Origin: Escherichia coli
Lineage (GTDB): Bacteria > Pseudomonadota > Gammaproteobacteria > Enterobacterales > Enterobacteriaceae
DNA length: 64,000 nucleotides
Reading direction: 5' to 3' (one strand)
Assembly (NCBI RefSeq): GCF_003334255.1
Contig: NZ_QOWU01000023.1
Made by a program: the position numbers and the translations under genes. The notes under the pieces were generated by a model. It had not been told where the DNA came from. It was given only the letters and a program-made list of their open reading frames with translations, and ran no database searches. Position 1 is the first letter of the stretch; every line of letters starts with the position of its first letter. Positions 11,571-23,858 of the stretch are shown here, piece after piece.

Positions 11571-12479
11571 TTAACGATCTTTCGGGTCGAGGGCATCACG
11601 CAAGCCATCGCCGATAAAGTTGAAACAAAACAGCGTCACCACGAGGAATCCCGCTGGGAACAACAATAACCATGGAGAGACTTCCATCGAGTTCGCGCCA
11701 TCACTCAGCAATGCACCCCAGCTGCTTAACGGCTCTTGCGTACCCAACCCCAGGAAGCTAAGGAAAGATTCAAAGAGGATCATGCTGGGCACCAGAAGTG
11801 ATGCGTAGACCACCACCACACCGAGTACATTCGGCACAATGTGGCGAATAACAATGCCCGATGTCGATACACCGCCAACTTGTGCCGCCTCAATAAACTC
11901 TTTGCGCTTCAGACTCAGGGTTTGCCCACGCACAATACGAGCCATATCCAGCCAGGAAACCATGCCTATCGCCACGAAAATCAGCAGGATGTTTTGACCG
12001 AAAAAGGTCACCAGCAAAATGACGAAGAACATGAATGGGAAGGAGTTGAGGATTTCCAGCAGACGCATCATTACCGAATCCACTTTACCGCCCAGATAAC
12101 CGGAAAGCGAACCATAAAGTGTCCCGACGACCACAGCCACCAGTGCCGCAGCAACACCGACCATGAGTGAGATACGCCCGCCAATCGCAACGCGCACAAG
12201 CAGGTCGCGACCGGATGAGTCAGTACCAAAGTAGTGACCGGACTCCATATCCGGGGCGCTGGACATCATCGCCCAGTCAGTATCGTCATAGGCAAACTGG
12301 GAAAGCATCGGTGCCAGGATTACAAATAACGCGATCAGCACCAGCACTATCAGACTGGCAACCGCCGCACGGTTATGCATAAAACGTCGACGTGCGTCCT
12401 GCCACAAGCTGCGCCCTTCGACCTCCAGCTTTTCACTGAAATTTTCCAGCGTCTCGCTGTTTTTCTTACTTAACATCAT
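11571..12479 (-). CDS. oppC: Oligopeptide ABC transporter permease OppC
   Basis: 302-aa polytopic membrane ORF; operon position. Confidence 0.95.
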   Translation of the reverse strand: MMLSKKNSETLENFSEKLEVEGRSLWQDARRRFMHNRAAVASLIVLVLIALFVILAPMLSQFAYDDTDWAMMSSAPDMESGHYFGTDSSGRDLLVRVAIGGRISLMVGVAAALVAVVVGTLYGSLSGYLGGKVDSVMMRLLEILNSFPFMFFVILLVTFFGQNILLIFVAIGMVSWLDMARIVRGQTLSLKRKEFIEAAQVGGVSTSGIVIRHIVPNVLGVVVVYASLLVPSMILFESFLSFLGLGTQEPLSSWGALLSDGANSMEVSPWLLLFPAGFLVVTLFCFNFIGDGLRDALDPKDR

Positions 12480-12493
12480 CGCGAGCTCCAGTA

Positions 12494-13414
12494 TCAGTAA
12501 CGGATTTTCGGGTCGATAACCGCATATAGCACATCGACAATGGCATTAAACAAAATGGTTAAAGCACCAACCAGGATGGTCAGGCTTAACACTAAGGAAT
12601 AGTCACGGTTCAATGCGCCATTAACGAACAGTTGTCCAATCCCCGGCAAACCATAAATGGTTTCGATAACCATAGAACCGGTAATAATGCCGACAAATGC
12701 GGGGCCCATATAAGAGAGCACGGGTAACAGAGCAGGTTTTAATGCGTGACGTAAAATGATCCGCCGCATAGGTAACCCTTTCGCCCGGGCAGTACGAATA
12801 AAATTGGAGTGTAATACTTCAATCATAGAGCCACGGGTAATACGCGCAATACTGGCGATATAAGCGAGTGACAACGCCACCATCGGCAATATCATGAATT
12901 TAAGCGCCCCACCATTCCAGCCACCGCCCGGCAGCCAATGCAAAATGATCGCAAATATCATGACTAATAATGGTGCAACCACAAAACTGGGGATAACAAC
13001 CCCGGTCATTGCCAGCCCCATCACGGTATAGTCCCATTTGGTGTTTTGTTTTAATGCGGCAATAACGCCAGCACTAACACCCAGTATTACCGCAAGGAAA
13101 AATGCTGCGGCTCCCAGTTTGGCAGAAACGGGAAAACTGGATGCAACCAAGTCATTGACCGAATAATCTTTATATTTAAACGATGGACCGAAATCACCGT
13201 GCGCCAGTTGTTTCAGGTAGCTGAAATACTGTGTCATGATCGGATCATTAAGATGATATTTCGCTTCGATATTGGCCATCACTTCTGGCGGTAAAGTACG
13301 TTCGCCGGTAAAAGGGCTTCCCGGCGCGAGGCGCATCATAAAGAACGAAATAGTAATAAGAATAAATAGCGTCGGAATCGCTTCCAGACAGCGACGTAGA
13401 ATAAATTTTAACAT
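12494..13414 (-). CDS. oppB: Oligopeptide ABC transporter permease OppB
   Basis: 306-aa polytopic membrane ORF; operon position. Confidence 0.95.
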   Translation of the reverse strand: MLKFILRRCLEAIPTLFILITISFFMMRLAPGSPFTGERTLPPEVMANIEAKYHLNDPIMTQYFSYLKQLAHGDFGPSFKYKDYSVNDLVASSFPVSAKLGAAAFFLAVILGVSAGVIAALKQNTKWDYTVMGLAMTGVVIPSFVVAPLLVMIFAIILHWLPGGGWNGGALKFMILPMVALSLAYIASIARITRGSMIEVLHSNFIRTARAKGLPMRRIILRHALKPALLPVLSYMGPAFVGIITGSMVIETIYGLPGIGQLFVNGALNRDYSLVLSLTILVGALTILFNAIVDVLYAVIDPKIRY

Positions 13415-13499
13415 TGCCCTACCTTCTGGCCTGTGCCTTCTGTAATGCGATAAAAATCAGACACCGTGGAGCAGGACACTCCTGCCCCACGTATTGCCA

Positions 13500-15131
13500 T
13501 TAGTGCTTCACAATGTACATATTCCGGGTATAGGTATTATCCAGCGGATCTTTGCCGGTATAGCCACCAACCCACGGTTTCACCAGACGCGCATTCACGT
13601 AGTAATAAACAGGAACAATGGCCGAATCCTTATCCAGCTGTTGTTCTGCTTTAGTGTACAGAGCTGTGCGCTGCGCCTCGTCAGTCACTTTCAGCGTTTC
13701 CGCCATAATGCTGTCAAAGGCCGGGCTCTTATAATGCGCGGTATTCATCGAGCTGTTCGAAAGCATGGTGTTCAGGAAGGAAGTTGGTTCGTTGTAGTCA
13801 GCACACCAGCCTGCACGGGCCACATCAAAAGTACCCTGGTGACGGGTGTCGAGGAACGTTTTCCACTCCTGGTTAACCAGTTTGACGTTTACACCAATGT
13901 TTTTCTTCCACAATGAAGAGGCAGCAATCGCCAGCTTTTTATGCAGATCGGAGGTGTTATACAACAGGTTGATGGTCAACGGTTTGTCTGCGGTATAACC
14001 CGCTTCAGCCAGCAGTTTTTTCGCTTCTTCGTTACGTTTTTCCTGGCTCCAGCCAAACCATTCTGGCTGAGTCAATTTTGCGCCATCAGTATACGGTGGA
14101 GTGTAACCATAGGCGGGCATGTCGCCCTGCGCTTTCACTTTATTAACAATGATATCGCGGTCCATACCTAGTTTCAGTGCGGTACGCACACGCACATCGT
14201 TGAATGGCGGTTTCTGGTTGTTAATTTCGTAATAGTAAGTGCACAGGTATGGATCAACGTGAACTTCGTCCGGGATCTCTTTTTTCAGCTTCTGGAACAA
14301 TTCGATCGGCATGTTGTTATACGTCATGTCGATTTCACCACTACGGTAGCGGTTGACATCGGTAACTTCAGAAGCAATAGGCAAATAGGTTACCTGGTTA
14401 ATAACGGTTTTCGCGTTGTTCCAGTAGGTCGGGCTGCGTTCAAGAACGATTCGTTCGTTTACGACCCAATCTTTTAAGGTATAGGCACCGTTGGTGACGA
14501 TATTACCAGGCTGGGTCCATTTTTCGCCGAATTTCTCGATAGCGGCTTTTGGCACCGGTGAAGTTGATGGGTGAACAAGTAATTTATAGAAGTACGGAAC
14601 GGGTTCACTTAAGGTGACTTCTAATGTGTGATCATCAATAGCTTTCACGCCGAGATCGGTAATCGGTTTTTTCCCTTCAAGAATTTCATCAATACCGGCG
14701 ATATGCCCATATTGCAGATAACTGGCATACGGAGAAGCAGTGTTCGGATCAACAGAACGTTGCCAGCTATACACAAAGTCTTGTGCTGTGACTGGCGTGC
14801 CATCAGACCATTTCGCATCTTTACGCAAATGGAAGGTCCAGACTTTCGCGTCTTTATTATCCCAGGATTCAGCGACGCCAGGTGCTGGATGACCGTCAAG
14901 ATCGCTGACCAGTAAGCCTTCAAACAGGTCTCGGCTGATATTAGACTCCGGAACACCTTCAATTTTGTGCGGATCTAATGACTGAACTTCTGAACCATTG
15001 TTACGTACCAGTGTTTGTTTTTCCGCCAGTGTGACGCCTGCGGGTACATCAGCTGCCAGCGCGACATTCCCTGCCATTAGCGCAGCCAGAACGCCAGCTG
15101 CTACTAAACTTCTCTTGGTGATGTTGGTCAT
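13500..15131 (-). CDS. oppA: Periplasmic oligopeptide-binding protein OppA
   Basis: Start trimmed to MTNITKRSLVAAGVLAALMAGNVALA (signal peptide), 543 aa; the ORF-track start is 24 codons upstream. Confidence 0.95.
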   Translation of the reverse strand: MTNITKRSLVAAGVLAALMAGNVALAADVPAGVTLAEKQTLVRNNGSEVQSLDPHKIEGVPESNISRDLFEGLLVSDLDGHPAPGVAESWDNKDAKVWTFHLRKDAKWSDGTPVTAQDFVYSWQRSVDPNTASPYASYLQYGHIAGIDEILEGKKPITDLGVKAIDDHTLEVTLSEPVPYFYKLLVHPSTSPVPKAAIEKFGEKWTQPGNIVTNGAYTLKDWVVNERIVLERSPTYWNNAKTVINQVTYLPIASEVTDVNRYRSGEIDMTYNNMPIELFQKLKKEIPDEVHVDPYLCTYYYEINNQKPPFNDVRVRTALKLGMDRDIIVNKVKAQGDMPAYGYTPPYTDGAKLTQPEWFGWSQEKRNEEAKKLLAEAGYTADKPLTINLLYNTSDLHKKLAIAASSLWKKNIGVNVKLVNQEWKTFLDTRHQGTFDVARAGWCADYNEPTSFLNTMLSNSSMNTAHYKSPAFDSIMAETLKVTDEAQRTALYTKAEQQLDKDSAIVPVYYYVNARLVKPWVGGYTGKDPLDNTYTRNMYIVKH

Positions 15132-15831
15132 TGTTTTTTGGACTCCCTCATTATAATTACTGGTATTAACCAGCATGTGTAATCCCGGATTGGGACCCTG
15201 CACAGGCTCGGAGACTTTCTGCTGTCAGGTTACTTTATCGTTACGTATTACTATCACCGACTTTATTTATTCTGGTGATTCAGACGATCACCTTATGTCG
15301 ATTCGTACTGTGTCTCCCCTGTCGAGACACATTATTCTTTCGCGACGCTCTTTAATTGTTAATTATTCTCATTACCAATAAAGAATCGTCTGGCGGTTGC
15401 CCGGAAAGTACCAAATGCGGTTCTTACTCGCCAATACATTTTGCAAAATTGTTAAGCAATTCTCTTTTATTGACCGTATCAGAATCTATAGCTTGCATCC
15501 ATGCCTTAACAAACATCTTTCAATTCAATCAAATAGAGATTGGCTAAGCATGTCTATCTTTTCTGATTACAGTTCCAGTAGTGAAATGCACAATAATTTA
15601 ACAATTGATTATTATTTAGCACTTTCCTCTACCAAAGGCAGTGGAATTACTAATATCATTTCAATTATTCTTCAGCAAGCCCAGGATTATGATGTGGCGA
15701 AAATAACATGATGGTGAGGAGAAGCAGTTAAGGAAATCCTTATAACTAACTGTAATTTGAGAAGAATATTTTTACCTATTCCTTTTGCTTTTGATAACTG
15801 CGCGGGAACAAAGTAAAAATAATGACGAAGT

Positions 15832-15860
15832 AAACGGAGCATGGCAGCTCCGTTTCATTT
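15832..15860. terminator. Hairpin immediately 3' of ychE
   Basis: aaacggagc-atggca-gctccgttt with a flanking T-run. Confidence 0.5.
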
Positions 15861-15868
15861 GAAAGGAA

Positions 15869-16516
15869 TTAATTAAGCAGGCCGGGGAAAATCCCCTTAA
15901 TACCAGTAACGATAAATTCAATCCCCAATGCCATCAGCAATAGCCCCATAATACGCGTAATCACGTTGATGCCGGTCTGGCGTAAAACCCGTACCAGCCA
16001 CGGTGCCATGCGGAACAATCCCCAACAACATAAAGCGAACAATGCAATAGCCACAAAGAAACCAAACAGATAGCTAATGCTGTGATAACGCGTACCCCAG
16101 ACGATGGTAGAACTGATCGCCCCTGGCCCCGCCATCAACGGCAACGCCAGTGGCACCACACCAATGCTTTCACGTACCGCGGTTTCTGATTTTTCTTGCT
16201 TGTTCTGTTTATCCTCGCCAAGCTTGCCGCTGATCATCGACATCGCTATTGTCACCACCAGGATACCCCCGGCGATACGGAACGAATCAATTGATATACC
16301 AAAAAGTTGTAGAATCGTGTCGCCGAGAAAAAGCGAGATCCACAAGATAATGGCCACAGACAGGTTGGCTGTAAGGTTAGTTTTGTTTCGCGCTGCCGCT
16401 GTCTGATAACTGGTCATGCTGATAAAGACGGGAATAATCCCTACCGGGTTGACCAGCGCAAATAACCCGATGAAAAATTTGAAGTAAACGGGAAAATCAA
16501 AAAAGGTCTGAATCAC
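15869..16516 (-). CDS. ychE: MarC-family (UPF0056) inner membrane protein YchE
   Basis: 215-aa membrane ORF; synteny between oppA and adhE. Confidence 0.85.
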   Translation of the reverse strand: MIQTFFDFPVYFKFFIGLFALVNPVGIIPVFISMTSYQTAAARNKTNLTANLSVAIILWISLFLGDTILQLFGISIDSFRIAGGILVVTIAMSMISGKLGEDKQNKQEKSETAVRESIGVVPLALPLMAGPGAISSTIVWGTRYHSISYLFGFFVAIALFALCCWGLFRMAPWLVRVLRQTGINVITRIMGLLLMALGIEFIVTGIKGIFPGLLN

Positions 16517-16992
16517 GGTTAGCTCCGAAGCAAAAGCCGGATAATGTTAGCCATAAATAAGGTTGAAAAGACGCGCTGACAATACGCCTTTTGACAGCAT
16601 TTTTCACCTCCTAACTACTTAAAATTGCTATCATTCGTTATTGTTATCTAGTTGTGCAAAACATGCTAATGTAGCCACCAAATCATACTACAATTTATTA
16701 ACTGTTAGCTATAATGGCGAAAAGCGATGCTGAAAGGTGTCAGCTTTGCAAAAATTTGATTTGGATCACGTAATCAGTACCCAGAAGTGAGTAATCTTGC
16801 TTACGCCACCTGGAAGTGACGCATTAGAGATAATAACTCTAATGTTTAAACTCTTTTAGTAAATCACAGTGAGTGTGAGCGCGAGTAAGCTTTTGATTTT
16901 CATAGGTTAAGCAAATCATCACCGCACTGACTATACTCTCGTATTCGAGCAGATGATTTACTAAAAAAGTTTAACATTATCAGGAGAGCATT

Positions 16993-19668
16993 ATGGCTGT
17001 TACTAATGTCGCTGAACTTAACGCACTCGTAGAGCGTGTAAAAAAAGCCCAGCGTGAATATGCCAGTTTCACTCAAGAGCAAGTAGACAAAATCTTCCGC
17101 GCCGCCGCTCTGGCTGCTGCAGATGCTCGAATCCCACTCGCGAAAATGGCCGTTGCCGAATCCGGCATGGGTATCGTCGAAGATAAAGTGATCAAAAACC
17201 ACTTTGCTTCTGAATATATCTACAACGCCTATAAAGATGAAAAAACCTGTGGTGTTCTGTCTGAAGACGACACTTTTGGTACCATCACTATCGCTGAACC
17301 AATCGGTATTATTTGCGGTATCGTTCCGACCACTAACCCGACTTCAACTGCTATCTTCAAATCGCTGATCAGTCTGAAGACCCGTAACGCCATTATCTTC
17401 TCCCCGCACCCGCGTGCAAAAGATGCCACCAACAAAGCGGCTGATATCGTTCTGCAGGCTGCTATCGCTGCCGGTGCTCCGAAAGATCTGATCGGCTGGA
17501 TCGATCAACCTTCTGTTGAACTGTCTAACGCACTGATGCACCACCCAGACATCAACCTGATCCTCGCGACTGGTGGTCCGGGCATGGTTAAAGCCGCATA
17601 CAGCTCCGGTAAACCAGCTATCGGTGTAGGCGCGGGCAACACTCCAGTTGTTATCGATGAAACTGCTGATATCAAACGTGCAGTTGCATCTGTACTGATG
17701 TCCAAAACCTTCGACAACGGCGTAATCTGTGCTTCTGAACAGTCTGTTGTTGTTGTTGACTCTGTTTATGACGCTGTACGTGAACGTTTTGCAACCCACG
17801 GCGGCTATCTGTTGCAGGGTAAAGAGCTGAAAGCTGTTCAGGATGTTATCCTGAAAAACGGTGCGCTGAACGCGGCTATCGTTGGTCAGCCAGCCTATAA
17901 AATTGCTGAACTGGCAGGCTTCTCTGTACCAGAAAACACCAAGATTCTGATCGGTGAAGTGACCGTTGTTGATGAAAGCGAACCGTTCGCACATGAAAAA
18001 CTGTCCCCGACTCTGGCAATGTACCGCGCTAAAGATTTCGAAGACGCGGTAGAAAAAGCAGAGAAACTGGTTGCTATGGGCGGTATCGGTCATACCTCTT
18101 GCCTGTACACTGACCAGGATAACCAACCGGCTCGCGTTTCTTACTTCGGTCAGAAAATGAAAACGGCGCGTATCCTGATTAACACCCCAGCGTCTCAGGG
18201 TGGTATCGGTGACCTGTATAACTTCAAACTCGCACCTTCCCTGACTCTGGGTTGTGGTTCTTGGGGTGGTAACTCCATCTCTGAAAACGTTGGTCCGAAA
18301 CACCTGATCAACAAGAAAACCGTTGCTAAGCGAGCTGAAAACATGTTGTGGCACAAACTTCCGAAATCTATCTACTTCCGCCGTGGCTCCCTGCCAATCG
18401 CGCTGGATGAAGTGATTACTGATGGCCACAAACGTGCGCTCATCGTGACTGACCGCTTCCTGTTCAACAATGGTTATGCTGATCAGATCACTTCCGTACT
18501 GAAAGCAGCAGGCGTTGAAACTGAAGTCTTCTTCGAAGTAGAAGCGGACCCGACCCTGAGCATCGTTCGTAAAGGTGCAGAACTGGCAAACTCCTTCAAA
18601 CCAGACGTGATTATCGCGCTGGGTGGTGGTTCCCCGATGGACGCCGCGAAGATCATGTGGGTTATGTACGAACATCCGGAAACTCACTTCGAAGAGCTGG
18701 CGCTGCGCTTTATGGATATCCGTAAACGTATCTACAAGTTCCCGAAAATGGGCGTGAAAGCGAAAATGATCGCTGTCACCACCACTTCTGGTACAGGTTC
18801 TGAAGTCACTCCGTTTGCGGTTGTAACTGACGACGCTACTGGTCAGAAATATCCGCTGGCAGACTATGCGCTGACTCCGGATATGGCGATTGTCGACGCC
18901 AACCTGGTTATGGACATGCCGAAGTCCCTGTGTGCTTTCGGTGGTCTGGACGCAGTAACTCACGCCATGGAAGCTTATGTTTCTGTACTGGCATCTGAGT
19001 TCTCTGATGGTCAGGCTCTGCAGGCACTGAAACTGCTGAAAGAATATCTGCCAGCGTCCTACCACGAAGGGTCTAAAAATCCGGTAGCGCGTGAACGTGT
19101 TCACAGTGCAGCGACTATCGCGGGTATCGCGTTTGCGAACGCCTTCCTGGGTGTATGTCACTCAATGGCGCACAAACTGGGTTCCCAGTTCCATATTCCG
19201 CACGGTCTGGCAAACGCCCTGCTGATTTGTAACGTTATTCGCTACAATGCGAACGACAACCCGACCAAGCAGACTGCATTCAGCCAGTATGACCGTCCGC
19301 AGGCTCGCCGTCGTTATGCTGAAATTGCCGACCACTTGGGTCTGAGCGCACCGGGCGACCGTACTGCTGCTAAGATCGAGAAACTGCTGGCATGGCTGGA
19401 AACGCTGAAAGCTGAACTGGGTATTCCGAAATCTATCCGTGAAGCTGGCGTTCAGGAAGCAGACTTCCTGGCGAACGTGGATAAACTGTCTGAAGATGCA
19501 TTCGATGACCAGTGCACCGGCGCTAACCCGCGTTACCCGCTGATCTCCGAGCTGAAACAGATTCTGCTGGATACCTACTACGGTCGTGATTATGTAGAAG
19601 GTGAAACTGCAGCGAAGAAAGAAGCTGCTCCGGCTAAAGCTGAGAAAAAAGCGAAAAAATCCGCTTAA
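16993..19668 (+). CDS. adhE: Bifunctional acetaldehyde-CoA/alcohol dehydrogenase
   Basis: 891-aa ORF starting [23 protein letters not shown]..., with an aldehyde dehydrogenase N-half and iron alcohol dehydrogenase C-half. Confidence 0.97.
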
Positions 19669-19791
19669 TCAGTAGCGCTGTCTGGCAACATAAACGGCCC
19701 CTTCTGGGCAATGCCGATCAGTTAAGGATTAGTTGACCGATCCTTAAACTGAGGCACTATAACGGCTTCCACAACAGGGAGCCGTTTTCTT

Positions 19792-20688
19792 ATGCCACTT
19801 CTCAATGATCTGCTCGATTTCAGTGACCATCCGCTTATGCCTCCGCCCTCTGCACAACTATTTGCAGAACACCTTCCCACCGAGTGGATACAACACTGCC
19901 TGACGCTTTCTGCTCATGCGACCGTTCGCCGCCGTCGTTTACCGGGGGACATGGTTATCTGGATGGTGGTGCAATGAGCCAATTACCGATGTTGTTCGCC
20001 GTCTGAACCTGAGCGCGGATGGCGAAGCGGGGATGAACCTGCTGGCCCGCAGCGCTGTCACCCAGGCGCGTCAGCGCGTGGGGGCCGCCCCAGTGGAATG
20101 GCTCTTCCGCCAGACCGCACAGACAGGGGCGCGGAACGTTACCTGAAGGATGACTGGCACGGCCTGCAACTTTTTGCCATTGATGGCGCACAGTTCAGGA
20201 CACCTGATAAACCCGAGCTGCGTGAATATTATGGGTCTGCCAACACATCCACTAAGCGGCAGAACGCCTACCCGGTTATGCGTCTGGTGGCCTTAATGAA
20301 CCTGGGAAGTCACATTCTGCTGAATGCCGTGACCGCACCTTACCGGCAGAGCGAAACTGTGCTGGCCCACTCCATGCTCGCCACCATCCCGGATAACTCT
20401 ATTACGTTGTTTGATAAACTTTTTTACAGCGAAGACCTGCTGCTGACGCTGAACCAGAAGGGTTGTAACCGCCACTGGCTACTGCCTGCGTGGAAGAATA
20501 TCGCATCAGAAATGATAGAGCTGGGAAACACGGCGTCACCAGGGACCATCCCGAAACGACTGGAGCATCTTCGGGGTGCTCTGGAAGTGGTGTTCATAAC
20601 AAAACGCCCCCGACCATCAAGGCCGAGGTCGGTTAAGATATCAAAAACCCGTTATCCTGTGAAACATAGTGCCGCTCCTCTTAAGTGA
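19792..20688 (+). pseudogene. insZ: IS4-family transposase remnant (insZ/ychG-like), frameshifted
   Basis: Three overlapping ORFs in different frames (19792-19977, 19916-20146, 20098-20688) together resemble one IS4-type transposase; no intact gene or paired terminal repeats are evident. Confidence 0.65.
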
Positions 20689-20969
20689 ACGGCATTGCCC
20701 TTCTGGGGCCGTATTTTTTGTTTACCCAAAGCAACTTTTCCATAAACCGACAGCATTAGCCTTCATCATATTTGCGACGATGTATAACGCCTAAACACAG
20801 GGATATTGTACTTTACAGGTCACAAGTCAACGTCGGTGCTTAAGAGCCCTGTGAGGCGTATAGCGGCGTTAAAAAACTGCCGAGAAGGGTATATAGCCCG
20901 GAAGAAGTGCGTAAAACGAACTGACAGGATAAAAGTGCCCTGCTCACCCTGTCAGTAAAGAAATTCTTA

Positions 20970-21587
20970 TTAATCGTGGCGATGCCTTTCCTGAATAGCC
21001 GTTAATGAGTCGACTTGTAACGCCTCTTTATAGTGTTTACGGCATACAGAAACGTATCGTTCATTACCACCAATTACCACCTGCTCACCTTCGTTATAAG
21101 GTCTGCCTGCTTGATCAAGACGCAGCACCATGCTTGCTTTACGGCCACAAAAACAGATGGTTTTTAATTCAACCAGTTTGTCGGACCATGCCAGTAAGTA
21201 TTGGCTGCCAATAAATAATTCACCTCGAAAATCGGTACGTAAACCATAACAAAGTACGGGTATATCGAGTTGATCGACAACCTCCGATAATTCATATACT
21301 TGTTGTCTGGTTAAAAACTGGCATTCATCAACCAGTACGCAATGAATTGCCTGCTGTTCATGTTCCGCACGAATCTCATCAAATAATGATGAATTTTGGT
21401 TAAATAATTTTGCAGGCGATGACAAACCTATACGCGAACTGACTTTCCCGGCACCAAAGCGATCATCAATTTCTGCCGTATATACGACAGTGCGCATGCC
21501 GCGTTCCTGGTAATTGTATGAAGATTGCAACAATGCTGTAGACTTACCCGCATTCATTGCGGAATAGTAGAAATATAGCTGTGCCAT
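20970..21587 (-). CDS. tdk: Thymidine kinase
   Basis: 205-aa ORF starting [20 protein letters not shown] (P-loop); synteny. Confidence 0.92.
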   Translation of the reverse strand: MAQLYFYYSAMNAGKSTALLQSSYNYQERGMRTVVYTAEIDDRFGAGKVSSRIGLSSPAKLFNQNSSLFDEIRAEHEQQAIHCVLVDECQFLTRQQVYELSEVVDQLDIPVLCYGLRTDFRGELFIGSQYLLAWSDKLVELKTICFCGRKASMVLRLDQAGRPYNEGEQVVIGGNERYVSVCRKHYKEALQVDSLTAIQERHRHD

Positions 21588-22191
21588 CAGCCACAGGCCC
21601 TCAATGATATGAAATAAAGTTGGCTGGAGTTTATCATAATTCGTCAGTTTTTCAGCTCAACAGTATGCACAGAAGTGGGTATATGCGTTCTCCCTTACGA
21701 AGCCTTGCATAATCCTTCTGAGCTATCATTACAACTGCCTCGCTTGTTATAAGCGGGTAAATGACTGCTGGTAACTATTCACAATCTTTAACCTGTTGCG
21801 CAAGTAATAGCCCTCTGTTGACCTCCAGGAGATAGTGCAATACTAAGTCCATGCTCTTATTGCGACTGTTCTACTTTTCATCATTCGCTTAATAGGGAAT
21901 TCTCGTAAACACAACTAATACAGAAGACTGAAAGGTCGTCAGCCTACGATAATCTCCCCATAAAATGTGACATGAATCAGGAAGTTTTAACCTCACGTGC
22001 TGCGAAATCATCGGTGTAAATAGGGCTATATGCCGCGTCTTTTCTGGCTAATTTTATGAAAAGATATTTATTGGCGGCACAAAATAAAGAACAATTTTGA
22101 ATTCCTTACATTCCTGGCTATTGCACAACTGAATTTAAGGCTCTATTATTACCTCAACAAACCACCCCAATATAAGTTTGAGATTACTACA

Positions 22192-22605
22192 ATGAGCGAA
22201 GCACTTAAAATTCTGAACAACATCCGTACTCTTCGTGCGCAGGCAAGAGAATGTACACTTGAAACGCTGGAAGAAATGCTGGAAAAATTAGAAGTTGTTG
22301 TTAACGAACGTCGCGAAGAAGAAAGCGCGGCTGCTGCTGAAGTTGAAGAGCGCACTCGTAAACTGCAGCAATATCGCGAAATGCTGATCGCTGACGGTAT
22401 TGACCCGAACGAACTGCTGAATAGCCTTGCTGCCGTTAAATCTGGCACCAAAGCTAAACGTGCTCAGCGTCCGGCAAAATATAGCTACGTTGACGAAAAC
22501 GGCGAAACTAAAACCTGGACTGGCCAAGGCCGTACTCCAGCTGTAATCAAAAAAGCAATGGATGAGCAAGGTAAATCCCTCGACGATTTCCTGATCAAGC
22601 AATAA
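22192..22605 (+). CDS. hns: Nucleoid-associated protein H-NS
   Basis: 137-aa ORF starting [33 protein letters not shown]..., which I recognise as H-NS. Confidence 0.97.
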
Positions 22606-22628
22606 TCTTTTGTAGATTGCACTTGCTT

Positions 22629-22657
22629 AAAATCCCGCCAGCGGCGGGATTTTTTAT
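22629..22657 (+). terminator. hns rho-independent terminator
   Basis: aaaatcccgcc-agc-ggcgggatttttt. Confidence 0.75.
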
Positions 22658-22692
22658 TGTCCGGTTTAAGACAATTTAATAAGAATAAGCTA

Positions 22693-22725
22693 TAAAAAAA
22701 CGGCGTCGATTGCTCAACGCCGTTT
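22693..22725 (-). terminator. galU rho-independent terminator
   Basis: On the minus strand: gaaacggcgttgagcaatcgacgccgttttttt. Confidence 0.6.
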
Positions 22726-22748
22726 CGTGGATAACACCGATACGGATG

Positions 22749-23657
22749 TTACTTCTTAATGCCCATCTCTTCTTCAAGCCAGGCTTTAAATTCCGTGCCA
22801 AGGGTGTTATGACGAATACCGTATTCAACGAAGGCCTGCATGTAACCTAATTTATTACCGCAGTCATGGCTCTTCCCTTTCATATGATAGGCTTCCACCG
22901 TTTCTTTTTCGATCAGCATATCAATTGCGTCGGTGAGCTGAATTTCATCACCAGCTCCCGGAGGGGTTTTTGCCAGCAACGGCCAAATATCCGCGCTAAG
23001 TACGTAACGACCCACAATAGCGAGATTAGACGGCGCAACATCCGCTTTCGGTTTTTCTACCACACCAACCATCGGTACGCTTTCACCCGGCGCTAATTCA
23101 ACGCCTTTGCAATCCACAACGCCATATGCGGTCACATCAGCAACCGGTTCAACCATGATCTGGCTATGACCCGTTTCATCAAAGCGGCGGATCATCTCTG
23201 CCAGGTTATCCTGTGACAAATCGGATTCATATTCATCCAGAATAACATCAGGCAAAATAACAGCTACCGGTTCATCACCCACTACCGGGTGAGCACACAA
23301 TACCGCGTGTCCCAGGCCTTTCGCCAGACCCTGACGAACTTGCATAATAGTCACGTGCGGTGGACAAATAGACTGCACTTCATCAAGCAGTTGACGTTTT
23401 ACACGTTTTTCCAGCATTGCTTCCAGTTCAAAACTGGTATCAAAGTGGTTTTCAATAGAGTTTTTAGATGAGTGTGTAACCAGCACAATTTCAGTAATGC
23501 CAGCCGCAATACATTCATTCACGACGTATTGAATTAATGGCTTATCGACAAGTGGCAGCATCTCTTTCGGGATGGCTTTCGTCGCCGGCAACATCCTGGT
23601 TCCTAATCCCGCAACGGGGATAACGGCTTTTTTGACTTTCGTATTAATGGCAGCCAT
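22749..23657 (-). CDS. galU: UTP-glucose-1-phosphate uridylyltransferase
   Basis: 302-aa ORF starting [33 protein letters not shown].... Confidence 0.95.
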
Positions 23658-23858
23658 TTAAATTCTCCTGGACTGTTCGTGTTTTGAACGTGTTCATATT
23701 TCTGTATCGCATCCCAGTATATCAGCACCCCGAAGGGGCTAAGTTCTGAAAAGGAGGCGAGTTAGCATAATTAAGACAATTACTTATACGAATGGCGACG
23801 ATAGTACCACCAGCCGACATTAGCAGGTAATGCAAATTTAGCCCGCGTTATCGTTTGC

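Noticed and set aside
17344-19161. 605-aa ORF antisense to adhE
   Set aside because: It lies entirely within the well-supported adhE coding region on the opposite strand, and its product is low-complexity with no recognisable domain.
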